Shown piece after piece: positions 1 to 12,923 of a stretch of DNA of 64,000 nucleotides. A model generated the notes under the pieces. It did not search any database, had not been told where the DNA came from, and was given only the letters and a program-made list of their open reading frames with translations. Positions within the stretch are counted from its first letter, which is position 1, and the number at the start of each line of letters is the position of its first letter. Source of the stretch: Salpingoeca rosetta (taxonomy: Eukaryota; Protista; Choanoflagellata). A program made the translations under genes and the position numbers. Where the stretch lies: the NCBI GenBank assembly GCA_033442325.1, contig JAWQFM010000007.1, forward strand, positions 234,414-298,413. Direction: 5' to 3'.

Positions 1-168
1 GAAGCGTTGGGCAGGGGGAGAGGGAGTGTATGTGTGCATGTGTGTGTATGTGTGTGTGTGTGTGTGTGAGGATATGATTGGATGCTAGCGCGTGTCTCCT
101 TGGTGTACAGGTACCAAACATGGAATGTTGACCACTTGCTTTCTGTTGCTGTGGGTTGGTTGCCTGCA

Positions 169-2442
<2,274 letters not shown>

Positions 2443-2800
2443 TAGAGCAGGTGCACACGCACACAAGCACGTACGCACATGCATCGACACGCACGCACAA
2501 CCATGCATGGGCGCACAGTTGATGGTGGTGATGGTGTACCGATAGAGAATCGAACAACTGAACTTGTGTCGGATGAAGTTCGAGTATTCGTTCATTTGGA
2601 GTTGACGCGGAACATCAACTGGCGGTGACCAGGGACACGAAGACACAACACTATCCCAAAGAGATCAACGGGCAGACATCCATACAGCAGCCAAACACGC
2701 AGCATGACGCGTTAACGACGCACACACACACACACATCTGCACACACGCACACACACACATCTGCACACACGCACACACGCACGCACACACATACACACA

Positions 2801-2838
<38 letters not shown>

Positions 2839-2938
2839 NNNNNNNNNNNNNNNNNNNNNNNNNNNNNNNNNNNNNNNNNNNNNNNNNNNNNNNNNNNNNN
2901 NNNNNNNNNNNNNNNNNNNNNNNNNNNNNNNNNNNNNN

Positions 2939-2976
<38 letters not shown>

Positions 2977-2979
2977 AGG

Positions 2980-4481
2980 CTACAGGGCTGTGCCGCGTTC
3001 GAAGCTGTCCTTGATGTCTTTGCTGTATTTCCCGTAGTACTTCTCCAACTTTTCGTTGTACACGCGGTTCCTGCACACACACACACACACACGAGAAAGC
3101 GAGAGGGAAACGGAGGGAGGGAGAGCAAGGGCGTGATTGTACATATGCGTCAGAATATGTATGGGAGGGAGAGCAAGTGCGTTCGAGTATGTGGTGTATG
3201 CATGCGGCTTTGTGCGTGTGAAGCAGGTGTGTGCACAGAACGAACAGGATGTATCAGGTCACATCAACAAATCGCGAGATAGCACGCATGGCACGCGGGA
3301 CGCACTTTTCGTTGATGTAGTCGATGTCACCGTGCTTGTACACTGCACGCCGCCTCCTGAACTTCTTCTTCTTCTCGATTCTGAAGAAAGTTGATAAAGC
3401 ATGCACGCGGCGGCATTCATTGTGAGCGTTGGACACGATGGGGCACAGCTGATCCATTCACGCGAGCACGTGTCGAAGCAGATAGAGAGGAGCCACACGC
3501 ACACACCGATGCACACACACACACACACACACACAGACCGACGCGCGCGCGCACACACACACAGACACACACACAGACACAGACACACACAGTGCGAAGG
3601 TGCTGCTTGAACGTACTGTGCCTCGACATCGGTGACCAGTGCGTCAACGGCCTCCTTGCGCGGTTTCTTGAAGGGCTCAAGCTCATCGGCCTCCTCTGTG
3701 GCAACGTCTTCCGACACTGTCGGCTTCAGCTGCTTTGTCAAGCGCTCATATTGCCGCCTCGAGTCTGTGAAGCAGCAAACACGGGCAGTAAAGCAGTGAG
3801 CACACGCAAAGGCACACCGACACAGGGGCTGCGCTATCATGAGTGCAATACAATTGCAGAGATGGGTCCACCAAAAACACACACAGATGGACGAACACAA
3901 ACAGAATCGGATTCAGACACACACACACACATACACACACATACACATACACATACACATACACAAACAGACAGACAGACATACTGTGCGACGTACTTTC
4001 GGCCTTTGTGGCGATGCGTTCAGCAGCCATGTTTGGCTTCTTGGAGCGCTTCTTTGAGAACTGTTTTGCGTCCTCCACGGTCATGCTCATGGCACGCACG
4101 CGATCGTAGTCCAGTCCTTTCTCCTCCGCTTCCTGTGCCAAGAGGACAGGAGGACGTTACAAAGGTAAGCAGCGGACACGCGTCAACACCATGCACGCAA
4201 GGAGGACGCACGCGTGCCAATGTTGACGTACATTCGCACGCCCTCTCTCATACTCACACTCAAATAGAGACACAATCATCACACACACACAAATAATGCA
4301 CCTTGCGCTTGCGATCATCCTCCAGTTTCCACTCTGCGCGGGCTTTGCGTGCTTCGTAGTTCTTCGGCAGCTTTGCGCGCCTGTCCTCCTCTGCCACCTG
4401 CTCCTGCGTGTCACGCCTGCCTTGCTCCCTCTTCTTCTTCAGCTCAGCAAGGCGAGCTCGCATCGCCGAACGATCAGCCAT
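2980..4481 (-). CDS. SYF2: Pre-mRNA splicing factor SYF2 (5 exons)
   Basis: [19 protein letters not shown]...[21 protein letters not shown]; [10 protein letters not shown]; [13 protein letters not shown]; [16 protein letters not shown]; [30 protein letters not shown] matches the SYF2 C-terminus. Confidence 0.92.
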
Positions 4482-4514
4482 ATCCGCTACTCTTTGTCGT
4501 GTCGGAGCGCGTAC

Positions 4515-5850
4515 ATGGATATAATGGCCGACCAACAACGCGACACAACGGCTGCGGCAGTGGTGGTGGATGTTGACGGGATGGCGCGGGCGTGTGCGGC
4601 GTGCGTGGATGCCAGGACCCCGACGAGTGACAAGGACTTGGGTGACATCACAGAGAGTGCAGACCAGCTCCTTGCTCGCATCGATGCCTATGGCGGCCTA
4701 CTGCAAGCCGTAAGCCCCTGTGCAGTGCTTGTGCTTTGGGTGCTTGTGCCTTGCGTGCTTGTGCTTTGTTTGTGTTTGTATTCAACGCGCCTCGTTGGTC
4801 GTGAACTGACGCAGCTGTGCATGCCCTTGTGGTTGCGTGTCATCCGACGACAGTTGACAATGGAACGACAAGAGATGGAGACAGCAACCCTGCCCATGCT
4901 CAAGGCCAATTGCGACCGGCTTGTGGAGCTGTTCCACAAGATTGATCAGATTGAAGTGTGTTACAATTGTGCTTGTGCGTATGTGGGTGTGTGGCTGTGT
5001 GTGTATGGGTGTGTGTGTGCTTGTGCTTGTGCTTGTGCTTGTGCTTGTGCTTGTGCTTGCGCTTGTGCTTGTGCTTGTGCTTGTGCGTGTGTGGGTGTGT
5101 GGCTGTATGTGTTGTTGAAGGGATAGCAGGATGGATGGCGTACTATGGAGGGTCTGTACTCGTGTGTCCTTCTTGCTCACGCACGCACGCGCTTGCACGC
5201 ATAGGCTGTGGTGAACATTGTTCGGGGTAGAATGCAGGATGTTGAGGCTGAACTGAACGCGGTAGACAAGAAGCCAAAGAGCACCTCGGTCGTCACTGGC
5301 ATGTTCCGGTCTCTTCGTGCAGGCTTTCTCGGGGTATGCGGTTCTGTGTGTGTGCGTGTGTGTGTGTGTGTGTATGTGTGTGTGTGTGTGCGTGTGTGTC
5401 TGTGTGTGTGTGTCTGTGTCTGTGTCTGTGTGTGTGTGTGTGTGTGTCTGTGTGTGTGTGTGTGTCTGTGTACGCCTGTGTGGTTTTTCTGTGTGTGCCT
5501 GCCTATCTGTGTCCGTATGTGTCAGATGTTCCTGCCCCTCTGTCCATCTCGAATTCTTCCTGCCTGTCTTCTTGATCGTCTTTCTCCACATCTGTGTTTG
5601 CTTGCATCTCCCTGCCGCTCCCATGTCTCACGCTCTGCCATTCCCTCCCCCCTCCCTCCCTCCCACGCCATCCAAACCCCAGCGACGGTCCGCGTCGCCA
5701 TCATCATCATCATCCTCATCATCTTCTTCGAGTGCACCACCGCCTGGCGGGATAGCAGTAGAGCCCGACCCAAACTGGCAGCCGCCGCAACTCTGGTCAA
5801 CACCAGACATATTCCCTGCCACAACACCACCGCCGCCAGCAACCCAATAG
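4515..5850 (+). CDS. BLOC1S4: BLOC-1 subunit 4 (cappuccino)-like coiled-coil protein (about 4 exons)
   Basis: Exons: LLARIDAYGGLLQA; LVELFHKIDQIE; VVNIVRGRMQDVEAELNAVD; terminal WQPPQLWSTPDIF, which resembles the cappuccino C-terminal PxLFxTxDxF motif. ATG at 4515 or 4524. Confidence 0.65.
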
Positions 5851-5981
5851 TGTGGCGTGTGGCATGTCGGCGCACTCCCTGCGCACTTTTTAAGCCCGGC
5901 TCGCTCCAGTTCAACGCTGTGACATGTTACAGGACTAGCCAGCAATGCATGCTTGTATCTCTGAGTATTGTGTTGTGTTGT

Positions 5982-6027
<46 letters not shown>

Positions 6028-6411
6028 GCACCTTAGCAACCCCTCCCCCCCCCCCTGTTGGCATTGCACAAACGAACTGTGCACGATTGTACGGTATACA
6101 TGTGCGAGCTTGATACGTTGTACGTGGGGGATACATGGCAGCACCAAGTTGCAATACCAAGTTGCAATACACACCACAAGAATCATACACAGACGTGCGA
6201 CGTAAGCTGTTCGGTAGACACATTCACAAACATTCAAGCGATGAAGTGGCTGTGATGGGTGATAGTCAGCCCTCACATAACAGTGTGTGTGTGTGTGTGT
6301 GTTGGGGGGGGGTGAGAAACAGATTCACACCAATAACAGCAACCGCGTGTGCGTTGGGACGCGGTAGTTGGGGTGAGAGGGTGACACAAAGGCCAATCAA
6401 TGTCAGCGGGT

Positions 6412-7466
6412 TTACTTCTTCTTGGCCTTGGAGCCGCGGGGAGGAAGCGGCTCGCCAATGTTCTTGCCGCGCAGCTTCACACCAAGCACCCGCTCCATCT
6501 TGCTCAGCGTCTGCTGGTTCGGGATGGCCTTGCCTGTCTCGTAGTCTTGCACAACAGCAGGCTTCTCGTTGATCTTCGTGGCAAAGTCCTTACGGTTCAG
6601 GCCCTTGTCGTTTCGCGCCTTCATGATCGTCTGTCCAACCTGCAGCGGCACCTTCTTGTCTGTTGTGTGTGTGTGTGTGTGCGTGTGTGTGTGTGTGTGT
6701 GCGTGTGTGTGTGTGTATTTTGTGGCATAACGGGTGGTGTTGCAATGATGTGATTGCGAGACACGAGATGAACGGCAGCGTTTTCATCAACCGACACACA
6801 CACACACACACACATATATGCAAGGACACGGAGCGCGGAAAGAAGGCAAACGTACGTGCGAGCTTCTCTGTTTCGGCGTCGAGTACCGCCGTGTTCTTGT
6901 CGGTCGACTTCTGCTTGTTACCGCCCGCACCATCTGACAACGAAGAAGATGCAGTCGAACAAAAAGCAACACGACAGGACGCAGGCGAGGTGAGAAAAAT
7001 ACAGCATACACACCTTGCAACTCATCCAAGCGCCTCTCCTTCACACACACACACACATAGAGCTTGCTCCCAGTTGCTTACACTTCTTCTGTGTCGACAC
7101 GCCAGCACCAGACCGCAGTGCCGCGTTCACGGCCTACACATGCAAGCGCGACAACAGCAGTGAGAAGGCTTGTAGCAAGAAGTGGACAAGAGCGTCTAAC
7201 ATGCATCACAAACGCAGACACACAAAGACACAAAGACACAAAGGCACAGATGCACACACACACACACACAAGCACACACACACACACAAAAACATACACT
7301 CACAGACACAGATGCACACACACACACACACACACAAACATACATACACACTCTCACACACACACACACGCACAAACAAACAGAAACACACCTGCTTGCT
7401 GCGGGCCTGGGATGCATTTGGCTTCTTCTTGCGAATAACCACAGGAGCCCAGTCTTGATCACCCAT
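6412..7466 (-). CDS. MBF1: Multiprotein bridging factor 1 (EDF1/MBF1), 4 exons
   Basis: [14 protein letters not shown]; [13 protein letters not shown]; GAGGNKQ..LDAETE; HTH region [42 protein letters not shown]. Confidence 0.95.
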
Positions 7467-7653
7467 TGTTCTGCGTTGGCTTGTCGATGAGAACAGGAAG
7501 AAAATGTGCTTGCTTGCTCGCTCTTGCTGCTTTGCTTTGCTTCGATGATATTGGGTGGTGGTGGAAGAAATTACGTACACGCACAGCTGCCACGTCAGCG
7601 AAAGATTATTCACAAATTTCTACAATCCAAACAACAGGACTGGGGCTGGTGTT

Positions 7654-10068
7654 ATGGTGCGAGCTCAGCGCCCAAGAGTCGTGTACCTCTTGGTGGCGCT
7701 GGTAGCGCTGGTGCTGGGCTGTTGTGGGTGTTGTTGCAGGGGCACCAGTGAGGTTGGTGGTGGCGGTGTTGCTGATCCCGCGTCATCAACAACCACACGG
7801 CGTGGGCTGCCCGTGTTCACTGAGAAGGACGCCGTGCGTGCAGCGCAGGCACTGGTGCGACGCCGCCTGGGCAGCGACGCGCTCAACCACTTTGAGTTCT
7901 ACCTGATCAACACCACACACGATGAAACGCTGTGCTTTGAGCTGGCAAACAGCAACACCAACGCATCAGTCGTCACCATCGGCGGAACATCGCCCGTGGA
8001 GATGGCGACGGGGCTCAACTTCTTCCTGCGCGAGTACTTGCACATGTCCTTCTCCTGGAACAAGACTGGCGGAGACGTGATCCATCCTCTCCCAGCCACC
8101 ATGCCGGTCGTCCACTCGCACCACGCGCATGTCAACAAGACTACCTTCTACACATACTACCAGAACGTCGTCACCGTCTCCTACTCCATGGTGTGTGCAT
8201 TTGCGTGCGTTGGCGTGTGTTTGCGCATGCATTTGCACAGCAGTGTGCGTGTGTGGCGTGCGCATGACGTATCTCCTCCTCATCGTCATCTTCCTCCTCT
8301 TCCTTCCTCCTGCTTTCTTCCTCCTCTCCTGTTTTGCCGTGATACCGTTGCCGCGCTCTGCAGGTGTGGTGGGACTGGCAGCGGTGGGAAGAAGAGATTG
8401 ACTGGATGGCCATGAATGGCGTCAACCTTGCACTCGCATACACGGGCCAGGAGTACGTTTACCGCAAGGTAAACGCTCACACGCACACGCTTTGCTTGCA
8501 CCACATTCACACGCATTCATGTGATATGAGATCACTCCTGACTACGGCAGCATACGCACGCACGCGCATTGCAAACACACGCACGCGCATAGCAAACACA
8601 CGCACGCGCATAGCAAGCATGCACATTGCAAGCATGCACATTGCAAGCATACACAGCCCTCTTTTCCCCACGTAACCGGCCTCCCCCCCCCCCCTACCTC
8701 AAAATACACAATCAGGTGTATGAGAAGCTTGGCGTGACGCAGGCGCAGCTTGCCGAGTTCTTTGACGGGCCGGCGTACCTGGCGTGGTCGCGTGGCCAGG
8801 GCGCCGCTGGCGTAGGAGGGCCACTGCCGTCACAATGGTACAAGCAGCAGTGGGAGCTGCAACGCGCAATCGTACAGCGGCAGACAGAGCTTGGTATCGG
8901 CAGTCTGCTGCCTGCGTTCCAGGGCAATGTCCCCGCTGCGCTGGCACAGCTGTATCCGCACGCCAACATCTCCAACGGGTGGCTGGACGGCCTCGACCCG
9001 CTCTTCGCAACCATCGCCGACCTCACCATGCAGGAACTCATTGCGGACTTTGGCGCCACCCATTTCTACCAGGCTGACGGCTTCTTCGACCACTCCACAG
9101 GCCCGTGGGTGGATGGCTCCAGCTCACAGCCACCCGCACGCACACGCGCACCATCACAGCGGCAGCAGCACCAGCACCAGCACCAGCACCAGCACCAGCA
9201 CCAGCACCAGCACCAGCACCAGCACCAGCACCAGCACCAGCACCAGCACCAGCACCAGCAGCAGCTACTGCAGCAGTGGCCGGATGCTGGTGTCACGTGC
9301 ACGTTTTCCAATGCCACCCAAGACACATATCTTGCCGGCTGCAGCCAAGGGTGCAAGGCCTTCGCCAGCCTCGCAGCTGCAAAAGCCGCGTGCGCCGGTG
9401 AGATGACGTGTGGGGGCGTCACCTTCAATCCGAGTGTGGGGCACTATGAAATGCGTGCAGGCATGACGCCGCTGCCGTCGCCGTCAAACGAGACGTCCTG
9501 GTTCATCACCAACGTCCTCCAGTGCCGCGACATCCAGCCAGATGCAGCAGCACACGCCCGCGCCAAGGCCGTGTACACCACCATGACAAAGCGCGACCCA
9601 CACGCCATCTGGGTGTACCAAGGGTGGATATGGCTGGACCTCGACAACGCCCAAGGGTTCTCGTTCATGTCCGGCTTCACCAGCGCCGTACCGCGCGGGC
9701 GCCTGGTCATCTTGGATATGGAGGCGGAGTTTGACGAGATCTGGGCGTGGTCGCAGTCGTTCTTCAACACCACATTCATCTGGGCCGCCATGGACAACTT
9801 TGGCGGGAACAACGGCATGTACGGTGACATCCAGCTCGTCTTTGATCGCACGCGTCGCGTGTTTGCACAGAGCGATGCGGTCGTTGGCGTCGGCATCACC
9901 ATGGAAGGCATCGACCAGAACCCAGCATACTACCAGGCGTACGTGGACCTGCCTTTGTTTTTCAACACTGAGTTGTTGTGGCAGTTGTCGCGTTTGGGGG
10001 GGGGGGGCACTTATGGGAAGCAAAGGGCGTTATTTGCTCGATGGTTGCCACGCGACAGGCACACACAC

Positions 10069-10129
<61 letters not shown>

Positions 10130-11754
10130 TATGCTCCACATTCCACGTGCTTGCTTGCTTGTCACCAAACAGGGTGCTGGATACGGCGTGGAAGACAGAC
10201 CTCTCGCTGTCATCGTTCCTCCAAGGATGGGGTCGCTCGCGCTGTGGCATGCAGCCCACCACCACCACCACCACCACCACCACCACCACCACAACCACCA
10301 CCACCACCACCACCACCACCACCACCACCACCACCACCACCACCACCACCACCACCACCACCACCACCACCAGCAGCACTACAAACTACATCTGCCATGA
10401 ACAACCTCATCACTCGGAAGTAGAGAAGACAGAATAGAAGAACAATAACTGCTCCTCTCTATTTACGTGCCCCATTGGCAATTTCGGGCTGTCAGGGATA
10501 GCAAAAAGGACGAGGTGGCGCGGTGAGTATGTGCTCGCGCTGCCACGGAGCGAGAGGAAGAAAACATGGATCGAGTACGATGCGTCGACACTGTCGCGGT
10601 AGGAGACGGGTGAGGCAGTGGGGGAAGGTATGGATGAGTATACATAGTAAACTATGAACAAACGAGCGATGAGAGAGAGTGCAGCCCAGTCTTGAGTAGA
10701 AAGTTACTAGTATGGCCGTGCAGGCACCTGCTTCGAGTGTTGTACAAGGGACCCTACGCTGTGGAAGCACTAGCATGCGTCGATCAGGATCAGTTAGCTG
10801 AAAAGTAGCAGCCGACTGATGCTACGTACCCTTTACCCTACCCATCAAATCTCGCTGCCCATGCAGCTCTAACGATCGGGATCCTAGTCGACCTATGCGT
10901 CATTGGAGGNNNNNNNNNNNNNNNNNNNNNNNNNNNNNNNNNNNNNNNNNNNNNNNNNNNNNNNNNNNNNNNNNNNNNNNNNNNNNNNNNNNNNNNNNNN
11001 NNNNNNNNNACAAAATAACGCTTTTTTTGCTTATTTTGCTTCTCGCCGCTAAGATTTGCTTGATTGTGTGATTATTAGATAAACTACTATATGGCCGATA
11101 AATGTATATATGTGGATGTATGCGCACGTGCGTATGCGTGTGCGTGCGTGTGCGTGCGTGTGCGTGTCGTGTGTGTGTGTGTATGTGTGTGTGTGTGTGT
11201 GCGTGCGTGTGCGTGCGTGTGCGTGCGTGCGTGCGTGTGTGTGCGTGCGTGTGCGTGCGTGCGTGCGTGTGTGTGTGTGTTTGCGAATATGCTCCTTCAT
11301 TTGTCGTATACGTCCGCGCTTGACTGTGGGGATGTGCACGCACTTTGCACGTCAGCACCTTATTGTGTGCACTTGCGTGACAGTGGTGCTCCACTACTCA
11401 CAGCAAACTCCCACCTGCAAACAGAGTGTCCTTTGTTCACTTTTCCTTGCCTCTCTGCCTCCCTGTTCACTATCAACACCACCCTCATTCCCTTCCATCC
11501 ACACCCCCGCGTTCCTTTTGCACCCAAGGATTGCCATGTTCGTTGAGCAAGCTGTTGAAGCGCTCCAGGCATCGACCTCACTGGACACGGGCGCATTCAA
11601 GCAGCAATTTCTTCGGTTCGCCGTGGACTTTGAGAATACCCCATACAATGCCACGCTGTTCCCCCATGTCCCACAGGAGGACCCACTCGCCGTTGCCACC
11701 GAGCTCTTTGCCAAGTACTCCAAGCAACACTCCACCACTTGCTCATGTCTCTAG
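7654..11754 (+). CDS. NAGLU: Alpha-N-acetylglucosaminidase-like protein (GH89), secreted/lysosomal, divergent; part of the C-terminal domain lies in poor sequence or a gap
   Basis: Hydrophobic N-terminus; [37 protein letters not shown]; GPAYLAWSR; LPAFQGNVP; [11 protein letters not shown]; NFGG; TMEGIDQN; final exon 11530-11754 (..[20 protein letters not shown]) resembles the NAGLU C-terminus. Confidence 0.9.
9165..9263 (+). repeat. (CAGCAC)n hexamer repeat encoding poly-(QH) inside the NAGLU reading frame
   Basis: Visible tandem repeat in frame within ORF 8626..10437. Confidence 0.9.
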
Positions 11755-12923
11755 CCCGCATGTGTGCTTGTTATATTCCATCCCCCACCCACCACCACCA
11801 CGCGCTGTTACAGTGTGACCACGCCTGCTCCTTCATGGGTGTGCCTGCTCTCCTTCCCCTCTGGCTGTCCTTCCCAACAGCCGATGTGGCTTTCGTGAAC
11901 GATTTCATATAATTTTCTACAATGCCATCCACACGGCAAACTCCCACAACAACAAAGAAGCAGCACGCACCACGACGACAATCACCACGCACGGTGTGCA
12001 CGCACTGCGTGCTGTCGTGGTGCACGTTACCACTTCCCCTTTGCCCCTTGCTTCAACACAGTTGGAAGCTGCGTGTTCCAGAAACGTACCATCTGCAACA
12101 AGTGTCCTCGCTGGCTAAACCTGGTCAGCAGCTCGCGTCATCACTGCAAGCTCCATCAGCACTGCCACAATTCGTGCCATGTGTTGGTCGCAGTGCCAAG
12201 ACAGAACCCGCCCGTGCAGGCCAACAGCCCATGCAACTTCCCATACGAGCTGCTCACAACCCCGTCTGCATTCACATACCCAAGCCGAGCACGTACCTTG
12301 TCCACTATGCAACAACATCCAAATGCAAATCAGGGACGAGGTGAGCACCGAGGCACACCAACGAGCCGCCCTCCCGTGTTCGTTCACCCTCAACGCGTCT
12401 CGCGCGACGGCCCAGAATGGATGAGACGCCAGCACGTCGTGGGCAAGTCCGTCAGAGTTTTCCATCCACCATCCACGGCCTCAACCATCCCCCCGCCACC
12501 TCAGCACATGAGCACTAACCACTCTGTGATCATGGGTTCAGCACGATGCAACGCACAGCAGCTTTGCACCACACCTAAACAGGGAGACGAACCACCCCAT
12601 CCATCCATATTTGCACGTCCCCACAGCCGTGCACCGATCTGCAACAGCGAGCAGATGCGACAACAAGCTCGGGTATCTCCACATTTTCCTGATTGTACTC
12701 CCAACGTCAACGATCCAAACAAGACGCGCTCACGCAGAAGACGACGACAAGTTGACGACAGATAGCGCACTTGAAAGACGACCCCAAACAGGCAGCTCCA
12801 CACCAACGATTGGAAAGTCAGCAACGGGCAACGCTCGTGAACTGAGTCATCACGTCAGCCACAACTCCTGCCTCAACATCATCGAACACCTTACTTGAAC
12901 GCGCACACAGCCACAGGCAAGCC

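Noticed and set aside
8553-8650. Short tandem repeats (ACGCACGCGCATAGCAAACAC-like)
   Set aside because: Intronic minisatellite with no unique spacers and no cas genes.
10400-10909. Compositionally odd stretch inside NAGLU that could be an insertion element
   Set aside because: It follows a long (ACC)n run, ends at a gap and finishes with gggatcctagtcgacct, which resembles a degraded BamHI-XbaI-SalI polylinker. Most likely a low-quality read end or vector sequence.
11800-12900. 230-aa ORF upstream of tyrosinase A
   Set aside because: No motifs or coding-like pattern; treated as upstream regulatory or intergenic sequence.
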